NCBI GenBank assembly: GCA_051530055.1
Contig: CM121341.1
Location: 3,152,151 to 3,216,150, forward strand
Length of the DNA: 64,000 nucleotides
Source: Neoechinorhynchus agilis
Taxonomy: Eukaryota > Animalia > Acanthocephala
Direction of reading: 5' to 3'
The first letter of the stretch is position 1, and every line of letters begins with the position of its first letter. Below, one piece after another: positions 36,969-54,084 of this stretch. The notes under the pieces were generated by a model. It saw only the letters and a list, made by a program, of their open reading frames with translations, was not told the origin of the DNA and did no database searches. The position numbers were made by a program, and so were the translations under genes.

Positions 36969-39947
36969 TCACACAAATGTTGTAGGACTATTTTTGCTTT
37001 TGTAATTTTGCATTCTAGCGGCAACCTGTATGTATTAGAAAAAGTTATTGATGGAAAAATGACTAAGCTCGGACTTACGGTAGCGATTGATCCAGAACCT
37101 GCGCCGCGACTAGCTGATCGGAATTGTCTTTGCGTTGCTCGAGTTGTAGCACATTTATGGCATTCATTTCGTTGATTGATACGAAATGAATCTTGAGTGA
37201 TTGGGGGGCAAATTAAACGATCAAAGCGATCACAGTAGCTCTTTTTAGATTGACTAAAAATTCCATATTTACCCTTTGAGTGATTTTTGACTTTTGAATG
37301 TATATTAAGCCGTCGGTAACTCTTCGATAGACTAACTTCTTTTTTCTTTGCTTCAGACTCAGCTCCCACGAGGACGCTAAATTCAGTTGTAAGATGGCGA
37401 CGTAAAAGCGTCTTGTTCGGTGGAATGGCCAGTATATCCGCCAGAGTATCGGCGTTAAATCTAGGCTCAAGGACGACCAGTGATCCATGTACACCGGAAC
37501 CTCGAAGGTTAGGTGCGTATTCAGAAAGATCAACGGACCGAAGCCATTCCATTACACGGTGATTAGACCATAGAATAACACCACGTCCACGATCATCTTG
37601 GCTCGGTCTTCTCTTCAGACAATCACAATCGAAATTATGTAGTCTTAATATTTGAATAGCTCGTCTGATACTCAAATGATGGAGCTCATTAGTGACGCTC
37701 ATATATATAAGATCATCTATAGTCATTCTATGGAGCATTCGTCCGTCGATCTTAGCATCCAGAAATGTGTCTTTATATTGAGGCAAACCGATATCATCGA
37801 GCCATTTTTGAACCCAAAACAAATCCAGATTTCTGACCATTTCCGGTTCGGGCTTCTGATTACAGAGGCTTTCTAGATACACGAGAAGACGTTTTCTATG
37901 CAGCATGTTTTTCATTCCAAGTTCTTTTTCAAGAAATCCATGAGTAGCAGTGAGAATCTGTAGACCGGAACGGATATTTCTACGACAAGCAGTGGTGTAC
38001 GAACTAAGTCCTATTCCAGTCATCCAAGCACAAACTTGATCTGTTGTCCATCGGGAGAAGGCTAATTCCGCAGGGCTGAAATTCGTAATATGCTGCGATT
38101 CTTCATGTCTATTATATCGACTATGTATAGGATCAATAAGGGAAAAACATCGTTCATCATTGCTTTCAGAAAAGGATTTGTGTGTTTGAAAGTGTTCAGT
38201 TCGTCGAGATCGATTTGTAGAAATTAATTTATCCAAAATATTCCAAATTCCACGGGATGACTGTCTTGATCCATATACAGCATTTGCAGATGATGAAGAG
38301 TTCATTTTGACTGGATTCGACGATTTAGATACGCAATCACCATTCCACGCTTGGTACCGATGTTGCGCCACGTGGGCGCCATTTCGACTGATCGATATTC
38401 GGCGGCTATTGGTGGCGCCATCACTGTTGTAACCGCTAAAATCACGAGTTCGACGACGAGTCAAAGATTCAAGACTCGTATTGCTATGAATGCCCATTGA
38501 AGTGGACATATTTACTGAATTAGAGCGATACGCTTTCGCCTTTTGATTGTTTCCGTTCTTTGGTTGAAAAATCAAATCCATGGATGTTCCACCAAGAACG
38601 TCCTTTAAACAACCAGCCGTTTCAAAATGTTCAATCGTTTCAGCGGGACTCTGCTCTTCGTCGTCCTGTGTTTTCACTACGGATTGGATCGGCGGGCTTT
38701 CTTCTAAACAAGTCTTAAGTATGGAATGAATCTGGTTATTTCTGGAAACAACCTGTTAATACGACTTCGTCGCTTCCAATGTCTTCAGGAGGACTATTGT
38801 CTTCGTCGTTATGGTTGGTTTGATCTAAATATTAAAGAATGTATTCACCAGACAGCAAGGAATGCATGGACGATGTTAGTCCAATGATGGATAAACGAAA
38901 GGTTATTGATTTTCAAGAAGGTACAGACACATACACACGCTAAAAGAACTGATGTGTGAGAAGCTTCACCCACGACCCCAGACTATGCTCCCATTGTATT
39001 TTTTATGTCTTGAGGTCGCTTTAAAGTCTCCTAGCTTCTCGGTCGGTGTGAAGTAGGGATGCATACCTTTCGTTGCAATGGAATTGAACGCAGGACCGCT
39101 GTTGGTGTTGGAGACACTGGAGTCCATTGATCCTGCGTATGATTCACTCATAAGTTGCAGATTAGCCACTTGATCCGATAAACAAGCTATAATGGCGTCC
39201 TAAAACACGAAGAATTGAACACTTGCAGTGTTATGAGTAACAAGTAGAGAACACACCTTTTCTTTGTTAGACTGGATCAAGCTTGCAATCTGATGTCTCA
39301 GCATTGTTGTAGCTAAAATTCTGTGTTGTGGATACTTCGTGGTCATAGTGTGTCTTACCGTCTGAAGAAATATTCATTAGGTCGTCGTAGTTTTGTTGTA
39401 TTGACTATAAGTATGTGAGAGAAGGGGAGACAGCGAGTTTCATCGTCAAACCTCTTCATCGTCAGTCTGAATTTGTGCGTCTATTAAAAGACGAGTTCAT
39501 CCGTTAAGTAGCCTCTAAGAGATGAACTCGCTTTCAGGTACAGAACAGGTGATTTGAAGAATGTGAAGAAGTGGGTTACGGCCGTTCATAGTTGCGGTGG
39601 TCGTTTGCCGAGAGCTAATCAAGGTGTTGGATTCGTCCCGGTCGTTTTTCATTGCTGAAAACTAGGATGAATGAGTTTTTGTCTTCAAATGCCAAAAGAG
39701 ACCCCAGCAGCCGGGGTGGGGACACACACACAACCGCAATCGGTATAATCGTCCTTGACCAAGTGCGCATGCAGATCGACCCAAAGTCGTTTACATTACC
39801 TGGCACTAACGAAGATTCGCCTGTTGATAAGACAGATTTGTGGACTTTCTTTGACATATTACACAATCTAGCCGCCGTCTTAGAAGAGAAGCAATAGAGT
39901 GCCACCAATTGTGTTTGTATTGCAGACGAAGCATCTGCCCGGTCCAT
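36969..39947 (-). CDS. PPFIBP: Liprin-beta: coiled-coil exons (uncertain, to about 39950) and a large exon with three SAM domains
   Basis: WTTDQVCAWMTGIGL, WVQKWLDDIGLPQYKDTFLDAKIDGRMLH, WSNHRVMEWLRSVDLSEYAPNLRGSGVHGSLVVLEPRFNADTLADILAIPPNKTLLRRHL; upstream LRHQIASLIQSNKEK/DAIIACLSDQVANLQ; probable terminal intron 37026-37078. Confidence 0.9.
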
Positions 39948-41989
39948 TGCCAAGACGCATAAAGACAATCCCGATCAGTGAGTGTGGTCACTTTTTGATG
40001 ATTCCCTCCTGATAAAGAAAATCTAATTTTTTTCGAGGACGAATAAAAACTAATTGATTTTGTAAATTGCTCCGTAGGGACAGAATGCTCTATGTGAAAA
40101 CAATAAACATTTCTCGGCACATTACGCTACAACATTTGTCAAGGTTAAAGAGTTCTGTATAAAGGTTATATGTCCTTAGAAGTTCAGCTTTATTGAAAGC
40201 AGGTCTTCTATGGATATCGCAGAGTCTAAGATAGTCGAAAACGGGCTCAGAATGCGTGTTGTTCTAAATCAAAGAGAATATCTTCCTTTATATAGGAATT
40301 GAAAGTGATGCGGTAGACTGTATCCGGGCAGGTGGCATCCCAAAATCAGGCACTTTTCGTCTTCTCGAGGAAACACGATGACCCATCTGTTCGTAGATCG
40401 TTAGTCTGCAAGTCCTAGAGATCTATACCCTAAATTATGGCCAAAATGCATTATTTTATAAGAAAATGATTTCGCTGTCGGATATATCGACGCTTAGTCT
40501 ATCGGTGGGATACAAGGGCAATGTTTTAATATTCTTTTGTCAATACATTGTGGTACGAGTTTCTCGCAAGGGTTGACAACCGAGACGGTTTTGATTGCGA
40601 AATATAATCCCTCGGAAAATCAGAGAACGCGATGAAGTAGGGATCAAAAATATAGGTGAAGGCTGTTATACAAGTTAGGATACGAGTTCCGGTTCTTCGG
40701 AATATCCTGAAGCTTTTATTATACATGTTATAAATTAATTTGTAAAATAAGAAGATTTATAAGCAATGGCTTCCTAATAGGCTACAAATTTCCCTAAAGA
40801 TGCCATAAAAAATTTGCTAAGAAAAATCGGAGGTCACGTACGATTTTCTATAAGCCTATTGTGAATGAGGTGGATCGGAGTTTGTGGACCGAATGAAGAC
40901 AAATTATTGTATGTCAGATAAAACGAGAAAATTGCCGAGATAGCGAAACAATTGGTGTCGCCAAAGACAACCAAAAACGTGCTGTAGATTCTTATAAGAT
41001 TTATCGGCCCTCGATCTTTGGGTTTCGAAAATCTATCCGTAATATTCGATGAATGTATTTGTTGCATCATTCAAGTTAACCGACAATTCGTTCATGAATG
41101 TTAATAGAACCAAAAGAGCAACCCGTCGCTTCATGTTTGCCGAAAATTCAAAGTTGCTAAGTAGAAAAGACCAACGACGGTAGTATTTAAGTAGCCAGTA
41201 ATTGGATATTTAAATAAACTTACAAAGAAGATAGGTGCATATTTATATAGATTTCGTTGACGTGAAATGAACTACATTTTTGCTTGAAATTCACTTGTCA
41301 AGAACCGCGAAAAATATAGATACCCTCATTGTACTGCTCTTTGACTTGAGTTGAAAAATAATCCTCGGATATAAAAGATTAAGATTACGTTTTAGAAAAT
41401 TTTTCAGAAAATGGTATTTATAGTCATTTTTGATAGTCAGGCGATAAACTAAATTAATTCATCGATTTTTTAAATTGCACTAAACAGCAATTGAGTGGAC
41501 CGACAATATGAGCCCCTTTAGAAAAACATACAAAAAGGATAAAGAGAAATTTAAAATCGCAGACAAATTAAAACTGGCCGATGAGAAAGGTACACTAAAA
41601 TCTTCTAACACTTCGAGATTTGCCTTTAGGATTTGTTTTCAATAAAGAATACGGCGATATATATAGAAGTGTATCTACTTTTATCCACTACCTATTGAAA
41701 CGTTTTTCTTCGAATAAATTTTCCTTCCAATCTCGTACAAAAAAAAGGGAAGCAAAATTATTTACCTTACTGTGGACATCGTTGCCTGGATGCATTTGCC
41801 TAACCGAGAACGGTTATCACACTTGGGTATTCTAGACACCTCGTTCCTCCTGATAACTGGTCTCGACTGAGAAAATGCATTCCCGACGGACTACAACATT
41901 GCTGAAATGTTCTAGATTGTCGCGAAAACCATTCTATTGACGCACAATTTATTGAAGATATATATAGTATTGAAAAAATTAATCAACTT

Positions 41990-42183
41990 TTTTCATGGCG
42001 AATTATCTAATTGATTTGCTAATTTTTCGGCTTTCGCGTAGGGCTTCTTCAGTTTATTGCTCTTGTTAGTTTTTTTGACACGAACTCACATATTTAAAAA
42101 CTTCAAGAGCAATAGACTGAAGAAGGCCTACGCGAAGGCCGAAAAATTAGCAAATCAATTATTTGACAATTCGCTATCGAAAG
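41990..42183. repeat. Palindromic element (about 75-bp arms) with a hammerhead-like core in the arms
   Basis: 41990-42065 versus 42104-42183 reverse complement; plus arm CTGAAGA A GGCCT acgcga AGGCC GAAA AATT at 42117-42148. Confidence 0.75.
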
Positions 42184-42959
42184 TTAAAATGATGAACATC
42201 TTTACAAAAAAAATTAAATACTATATCTCTTCCACAATATATGCCACAGTTTCTGCCTTGTCTTTGTCAGCTTCAACTTTTTCGACGTACTTGACCCGTC
42301 TTGAGATAAAGAAAAGCTAAGGTCAAATTGAGTCGTTGTGCGAAAAAGAAAAATTTCTAACTATAAAATCAAAGTCTCAATCAAATGAATATTCTCGGAC
42401 CTAAGCGGGAAAAGAAGGTATACGCTTTTAGAAAGCATCTAAATTTCAATGAAGCATTAAAAAAGAAAGATTCTCTACACTGAATGATTTTTCATTCTGG
42501 AAAAAAGTCAGACATTTTTCTGTTCAAACAAATGAATCGTCGAAAATGGCGGTGACCACAAGACAAAAATAAAACCGAGGAAGCTCCGATTTTGCGGACG
42601 GTGCTGATTGTATCAGATCGTCAGTTTGTTTCTTCAATTAAATTACTTTGATCTCGCAAAATAGAATAATATACTCTTGGAAACCAAATAATTCCAAGTC
42701 AATTCAGAAATATGAGTATCAAGGAGTTAATTTTTAAGCAGATGCCTAAAGATTGCAAAAATAATTACTTGAAAATTGGCATTTCTTTGTACAGAGTAGT
42801 AGGAGATATGGATGATGGTTGTGAGCGTTAACTTACGATATTGACAAATTGATGATTGTTATAATCCAAATATGTTTACAAACAACACCGCACATTAGAT
42901 TTGTATACGGCAGACAAAAACACTTTCCCATAAACAAATCAACTACAAAAACATTCTTT

Positions 42960-43031
42960 AAATATTGACTTGTGGTGAAGATAATCACCCCCGGTTAAAA
43001 ATCATTTTATTGTTTGCGAAATATTTTGAAA
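42960..43031. repeat. Short dispersed repeat, second copy at about 53203-53281
   Basis: aaatattgacttgtggtga..gataatcaccccc..ggttaaaaatcattttattgtttgcgaaatattt shared. Confidence 0.8.
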
Positions 43032-43505
43032 GAGGAAACTTCGCCTCATTGCGAGGTCAGAACAATAAAATGATTCACCACATGTCAAAATTTAACATAC
43101 CGATATAAATTTTCTCTCGATATGATTATTATTTAAATAGAAAAAATATATCAACGAGTTCGTTATAAACTTCAACATTTTCTTGTGCTAGAAAAAAAGA
43201 GTTTTAATTTTTCTAGAATTAATACAAAAAACCTCGAAGAAAATAGGACTAATTTTTTAAGGAGATCAAAAGGTACTGATTCAGGATACATCTTTACTCA
43301 CCTGGCAAAAAGGTAGGGATCTCTTATTCTCCCGACTTGAGTGTTTTGCCTCCTCACGTACTCAATGCGTGGTAGCTGAGCGAAAATATTTTTGGATTTT
43401 TAAAATCGTAGGAGCTAATCTCGCGCGCGTGCGTATTCTTATCAAAAAAAGCGATTAAACAATTCATTCTTTTGTTTGTCAATAGTTTTCTATACATAGG
43501 TCCGT

Positions 43506-45496
43506 TCATTTTTTCCATACCTTAAATGACCGATCAGCCGAACAAGTCACAATCCATTGTGCATTTCTCCGACTAATATCAAACCCAGTCACTCGCTGTT
43601 CGTGCCCGGTGTTTAAGACTTTAAGTAGATTCCAAGAAATTCCTGACCAAATCTTTAGAGATCCATCATATGAAGTGGAAATTACGGACGTTGACAAACA
43701 CGCGTTTTCATTAACACCAAGTCTTTGGAACCGCACTTGACTAACAAGATTCGTATGAGCTGCGATTGTCATTTGTTCCCGAGCGATTCTTAAATCCCAT
43801 ATCTTGACAGTATTATCTAGTCCTCCGGTTGCCATTTGGTATCTACTCTTAGTTCTATAAGAATGAGCAATTAATACAAACCCGTTTGGGGAAAATGCAG
43901 TAGTGAGCAGCGACCGAAGATGTCCGTTCAAAAACATCACACACCGCCCAGACCTAAGATCCCATACTCTTCCATAAGTATCTTCACCTCTAAAACAAAG
44001 TTTGTGATTTGAGAAAGTAAACAAAACAAACCCTGTGACACAAACACTCCCATCGCACTGGAATGCAATGTCTAGAACCGGCCCAACATGCCCTTCCTGA
44101 TGAAGGACTTCTATATCCGCTTCAATGTCATATAACCTCCATGATTCATCGTGACTTTACTCAAAAATATTCGATTTTAGCTTTAGATTGTGATTACTTT
44201 CAAAAATTAAAACTTACCAACAAGAAGCCAAAAATCGACCTGTAGGGTGAAAACGAACACGATTCACACGGTATCCTTCACGTATCATCAATCGCTTTGA
44301 TCGATCCTCCAATGACCAAAGTCGCACTGATCCATCGAATCCGGATGTAGCTATATTTGCCAATGAATCTGATCGTAAACCTCGCCCGGATTCAGGGTGA
44401 AACTCTGCACAGCACATTTGCATCCCAGAGTGTCCTATAGGATACATTAAACTAGAAGAAAATTTTAGAAGAAATCAATAAGGCAGAGATCTTAAATTTC
44501 ATTCCTGAGTAACCAGATTATGATCACAACATCGCCAACTCTATCACCTCGAAGGATTTTCCTCTCTAAATGATTAGTGCCCGATAATTTGAAAGATTCC
44601 AGTGACAAAGTTAATACAATGAGTTTACAATTATGAGTTTAAGAAGATCATCTACAAATCGAATTATTTATCCCTATTCCATTTCAATGACTTTTAAGCG
44701 CCACAATAGGCAATGACGTGCTAAGAAGCCGCGATTGGCACAACTATTTCATCATGAAACTCCTTAAGAAATGATATTGAAGATTTACCTTCTCTAAGTT
44801 CTTTTATAGGCTCATCGCATTCCGGCATCCTCCACAATCTCGCACTTCCTGACCACGATGCAGTGAGTAAAATTTCATCAGTTGGACTTAGACAACAATA
44901 CGAAAGCGGTCTCATATCTCCGATTTGACTACAATAAATATCCACTTCTCCCTTCTAAAAATTAAATATGTGATATATTTTTTGATGTAACCACTACCAA
45001 ATACCAAAACGGATTCCACAAGGTCGATCTTCTTTATTCTTCCTCCATCCGATCGAGTATCCGATAGCAGTGTTCTATGGGCATCGAGACGCTGCCGGGC
45101 TCGTTTCAGTGAATCCAACGCAATCCATTCGCGTGCCGTTCTCAGCTCATCTGGGCCTTCATGATACCAAGTAACGTCTCCATCTTCTCGTTTTGATTCC
45201 ATTTCAGAACTTAGATGTTCACCATGTTCCTGCGGTAATGAAACACCTTTGGATGCTAACAATCGCCGTAATCTATCACGTCTTTGGACTGGACCTTCAC
45301 CAAAAAGACCTATCGATCAAATAATAGGAAATGTTCAGAATATTAACAACTTACATATTGGCTCTTGCATTTGCCGTAGTTGCTTCTTGATAGTATTGTC
45401 ATCAGTTGAAACTTGAATCTGTCTCGCTTTAGACCGAATTTCAAGCTCCTCGAGATCTACGTTGTTCGTATCAAAACTCCCAATCGAATCGCTCAT
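43506..45496 (-). CDS. PRPF4: U4/U6 snRNP protein Prp4 (SFM motif and WD40), multiple short introns
   Basis: VSTDDNTIKKQLRQMQEPIC/LFGEGPVQRRDRLRRLL; WYHEGPDELRTAREWIA; SQIGDMRPLSYC; RVNRVRFHPTGRFLASC; VWDLRSGRCVMFLNGH. Confidence 0.92.
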
Positions 45497-45654
45497 TGCA
45501 ATCAGACGAATCAGATTATCTAGAAAATAAGTATGAATCGAACAATGAAGAAAGTATTGCTTGGTAATTAGGATACAATGGATTTTTGAACTCTTCTTCA
45601 TTATAATTTTGCCTATAAAATAATGTCTCAAAAATCTTTTGAATTTTATTTTCT

Positions 45655-46190
45655 ATTGTCTGTATCGATCGATCACGTAGAAATTCTACGAGAATTCAAA
45701 ACGATGTTTATAAGTTTTAGATTTGTTTTGAATAATTCGTTTGTTAGTTATCTTAATAGGAAAAATTTAATACTGGAGTAAAACTTGTACATTGTAAGCA
45801 ACTTTACAAAAATTATAAAAATAATAAAAACTGCGAGTCTCAATATATTGTCTGTATCGGTCGATCACGTAGAAATTCTACGAGAATTCAAAACGATGTT
45901 TATAAGTTTTAGATTTGTTTTGAATAATTCGTTTGTTAGTTATCTTAATAGGAAAAATTTAATACTGGAGTAAAACTTGTACATTGTAAGCAACTTTACA
46001 AAAATTATAAAAATAATAAAAACTGCGAGTCTCAATATATTGTCTGTATCGGTCGATCACGTAGAAATTCTACGAGAATTCAAAACGATGTTTATAAGTT
46101 TTAGGTTTGTTTTGAATAATTCGTTTGTTAGTTATTTTAATAGGAAAAATTTAATACTGGAGTAAAACTTGTACATTGTAGGCAACCTTA
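45655..46190. repeat. Tandem 192-bp repeat, about 2.8 copies, upstream of PRPF4
   Basis: Near-identical ORFs start at 45785, 45977 and 46169. Confidence 0.95.
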
Positions 46191-46443
46191 CCAAAATCCA
46201 CTGTATGCCTAGCCGTCCTCGTCCTCAATTGTCGCCCGAATGCTTGCAGTGTTGCCTCTCAACACGGACCTTATTGATAAAACAAATTTGCTCAACGATT
46301 TCACAGCTTCCGGACGAAAAAATGAGCTTAGTTTTTGAACGGGTTTATATATCACCGATAAAACAAATACGAACAATAACTTTTTACGTAATTTTTATTA
46401 CACAATTATATCCGTTTATTTATTGAAAAATGAAACTGCTCAT

Positions 46444-46620
46444 GATTGTTGTGTAGTGACGACAAAATTATGTAAATTTATTGAATCGATATTTCGGCTC
46501 AATCCAGAGCCTTTATCAAGATTATTTAAAACTTACAAGCAGGCTTGAAAAGGCTCTGGATTAAGCCGAAATATCGAATCAATAAATTTACATAATTTTG
46601 TCGCCACTACACATCAATCC
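46444..46620. repeat. Palindromic element (about 75-bp arms) with degenerate minimal hammerheads
   Basis: 46444-46520 versus 46544-46620 reverse complement; minus arm TTGATAA A GGCTC tggatt GAGCC GAAA TA T C. Confidence 0.8.
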
Positions 46621-47089
46621 ATTTAGTCGAAAAATCCATTCAAGATTTAGCAAAAATTATCAAGGTTAAATTCTTGAATGATCAAATTAAAAACACAAAT
46701 GCCATTTTTTCTTCCGTACTTTAGAGTGCACGATGAAGATTTTTTTAGGCAGTATTGTTTTCTATTTGGTTACTTTTCTTTACATTCACCACCTCCCACC
46801 AAATTCCAGCTTTTGTCCTTCCTCGACCGTCGCCATCACGCTGGCAGCATTGCCCCGTTGTACTGCCAGCGAGATATTTTGTCGAAGAAATGAGCCTGCT
46901 CTTGAGTCTCCGGTTGCCTCTCTCTTGCTTAATTTCGATGATTTTAAAAAAAGTAAAAAAAGCTGTGTTATTTTTCCGTATTGACGGCCGCAGGAATGCG
47001 TTTGAACTTCAAAAATTTGGAGTTAAAATTAAAAAAAGTATAAGGTCAAGTTGTTGCTTTGGGTGGATAGTGTGATTGTTTTTGTGACG

Positions 47090-47700
47090 TTTCTCACCCA
47101 GACATTTATTTGATCGAATTTTCGAGACTCACTGGTCTCCTCTTCCGGTGTTGTCAACATCTAAAACACAAACAAGCGCTCGCTCAACATCAATTTACGT
47201 TTCGAATCAGGACCCTGGGCGAAAATTCGATCAAATAGATAAATGTCTGAGAGACGTCACACGAAAGCAATTTAATATGCGCTTATTTTTTGTGGTCTCA
47301 CCCAGGCATTTATTTGATCGAATTTTCGAGACTCGCCGGTCTCCTCTTCAGGTGTTGTCAACATCTAAAACACAAACAAGCGCTCGTTCAACATCAATTT
47401 ACTCGCAACATTGCCGATATTTCAAAACATGAAAAACGCGAAAGAATCGTCTTAATTTTTGAATGCGTCATCATTTCCTATCATTTTTGTGATGTCGCTC
47501 AGCTCGATGTTTATTTGATCGAATTTTCGAGACTCACTGGTCTCCTCTTCAGGTGTTGTCAACATCTGAAACACGAACAAGCGCTCGCTCAACGACAATT
47601 TACGTTTCGAATCGGGACCCCGGGTGAGAATTCGATCAAATGGATAAATGTCTGAGGGACGTTACGCGAAAGCAATTTATTATACGCTTATTTTTTGTGG
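47090..47700. repeat. Three tandem copies of a unit of about 205 bp (middle copy interrupted), with short inverted arms and a minus-strand hammerhead core
   Basis: tttatttgatcgaattttcgagactc..ggtctcctcttc(a/c)ggtg at about 47105, 47310 and 47511; inverted partner gaaaattcgatcaaatagataaatgtc. Confidence 0.85.
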
Positions 47701-47707
47701 ATGGATC

Positions 47708-47779
47708 TTCCCAGACCGGGAATCGAACCCGGGCCACCTGCGTGAGAGGCAGGTATCCTAACCACTAGACTATCTGGGA
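47708..47779 (-). tRNA. trnE: tRNA-Glu (anticodon CTC)
   Basis: TCCCAGATAGTCTAGTGGTTAGGATACCTGCCTCTCACGCAGGTGGCCCGGGTTCGATTCCCGGTCTGGGAA: 7-bp acceptor stem, CCTGC/GCAGG anticodon stem, intact T-loop. Confidence 0.95.
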
Positions 47780-48224
47780 TTTACACTATTGAATATTTGG
47801 AGCAATATACATTTAAATATCGATATGTGAGGTACAATAAGTCTAATCCGTATATTGTAGAAATTTAATCATCGAGAGAAAAATCCACTGGGATGATAAA
47901 GCTTGAATCGTTGTGGAAATATTTCGAAAGGGGAAGTCTCGCCTCATTAGTCTTGGTTAAATTGTTTTGTGGCCCGACTTCTTCCGAAATATTTCTTAAT
48001 TCAATAAAATACTTCTTATCTTAATTGAAGAGTACCTTCACCACAATTCTAAATTTAAAAACATTATTTTTCTAAGCTCAGTAAGTTGATTTCAATATTT
48101 GCTTCTCTTTGCTTTTATACGAAAAGTAAAATTAAGCACATAGCTCTCCACCATTAAAGAGTATTTCCTGTATTATGCTTTATTCCCTATAGCAAATTTT
48201 TGTCTATGAAATTTTTCGTCATTA

Positions 48225-48640
48225 GATGGAAGACGCCCTGATGGCGTGACCGTATCTCATTGGCGGGAGGGAAAATGTTTGTTGTGGGATGCAACGTGTG
48301 TGGACACGTTGGCAAACTCCAACATCGGCCACTCGAAAAAAGGTCCAGGAGGAGCGGCGACGGCGGCAGAGGATCGGAAATGCTCAAAATACAGGGAGCT
48401 AACAAGAAATTACCATTTTGTCCGTTTCGGTGTGGAAACGTACCTTGGGAGGGTCGGCACTAATCGTGAAGGACTTGGGGAAACGAAACAACGCGGCGAC
48501 TGGAGAGCCAAAATCGACTTCGTTCCTAGCCCAAAAAATAAGCATTGCAGTGCAGCGGGGCAATGCGGCTAGCATTTTGGCCAGCGCCGATGAATAGGAG
48601 CGTTGATGAAACTATAAATTATGTATGTTCGAAAAAAAAG
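48225..48640 (+). mobile_element. 3' fragment of a CRE-like LINE, near-identical inverted copy of 35060-35475
   Basis: Translation identical to ORF 35121-35447 (MTVSHWREGKCLLWDATCVDTLA...). Confidence 0.88.
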
Positions 48641-49139
48641 ATTAAAGTTTAATAGCGAAACAATGACCACTTTTAACCGGTTCTTTACAAAAGTATTCTT
48701 AAAATGGTTTCTATATTTTAAAGTCTTCACGGTGGAAAATAGCATATACATACATTTGCTAACGGGGGTACATTCAAAGAGATGCAATTTCGCAACTCAG
48801 CTTAAGTCTAAAAATTGAAGAATTAAGTAAAACGAAAATCGAAGCCTTTATATAAAGGGTGCTTACCTGAAGGATAAATTTAAGAATATCTGAAGGAAAT
48901 AATTTGATGGAATTTACGATAGATAAAAAACGACGGCAGAGACGGTGGTTGGAATATGTTAATTTAACTCTCTCTCTTGATGAAAAATAAAATGTATCCT
49001 AAAAAAGTTTGAAATGAAAGTGAAGTGGTGATTTTTGATTATTAGAAAACAGTTGAAAAACGCGATAGAGTTCTTATGTAATACCTTGGAACTTTTTTGT
49101 TTTTTAACGAATTTTTTCTAAACACGATGAGTTCACAAA

Positions 49140-49880
49140 CATTCACACCACCGAAGTCGAAAGGACGGATGCAGCGTTCCCCCGTGTTTTGTAGGAGGAA
49201 TACTCCTGATCTCGGATCTCCAGTGATTCGTCTCTATCTCTTAGACAATTGCCTGACCATGTCCTGCGCCTCGGTACCAAACGACCCGAATGCCTCGACA
49301 CCAAAGGGAACAAAATAATGATTTCGACAAAAGTCAATGTATTTCGCATTTTTGCGATCCTCGGCGGTGGTTACCGCTCCCTCGCGAATTTTATATTGCT
49401 GGCTGCGAGCGTGTCTACGAATGTGGCACTTTAACACCGTCCGGTCTACGGCCATCGAATCGTCAAAGATTGCTCGGCTTTAGAATAGAGTATTCAGGAC
49501 ACGACTAAGAGATTTGCATTCACTTCGGCGTGCCGTGAGTACCTTCCGGCTGATTGCCGACAGACGATACCATGGTGTAAAGATGGTTCCCCGGTCGCTC
49601 CGCAATGGCAGCGACGGGATGTGCACCTCGATACCCAAAGTTTCAGGGACACTGCCATCTTTAGTGTCTCGTCGGAGTGTACCCACAGAAACGATTAGGA
49701 TAGCGTTGAGCCAAGCACGCGATTCTCTTGTAGAGACTGCCGCCAATCGAGTTCGGTTCACCAGGTCACGAGAATCTGACATTGAAGAGTTATGAATTCT
49801 CGCTACTAGGGATGAGTTCCAGCGACTATGAACGAATACTTACTCGCTACCGGAATCTTCACACCGAAGTCTGAAAGGGA
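49140..49880 (-). mobile_element. 3' fragment of a CRE-like LINE, a second subfamily
   Basis: RLAAVSTRESRAWLNA..VGTL; AEDRKNAKYIDFCRNHYFVPFGVEAFG; TRGNAASV. Confidence 0.8.
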
Positions 49881-50043
49881 ACTAATTGCATTAACTTAGT
49901 TTATAAGTTCAAGAAGCCTTAAGCTACGGATTGAGCTTCCTAATCGCAAAGTTTCAGTGTATTCCACTACTTCCAGAACGTCTCAAGAATTGATTTATAT
50001 TTTAAAAGTGAGAAAAGTGTTTCTAAAAACTATTTCACGTCTA

Positions 50044-53931
<3,888 letters not shown>

Positions 53932-54084
53932 TTATGGATCAAGCACGCAATAACATCTCCGTTTGACGTCATCAATACGCATCTTCCAAATACGCATTGG
54001 TGCCACCAAGAAGAACGCGCTCAAACCAACACGCATCGCTCTTAACGTTTTTTTAATGACGCTCCTGATTCTTTCGTAAGACGG

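Noticed and set aside
39430-39480. Minus-strand CTGACGA...GAAAC...GTC hammerhead-like match
   Set aside because: Helix II cannot form, and it lies in the liprin-beta upstream exon region; likely chance
44095-44130. CTGATGAAGGA in the PRPF4 region
   Set aside because: No GAAA follows helix II and it is antisense to coding sequence
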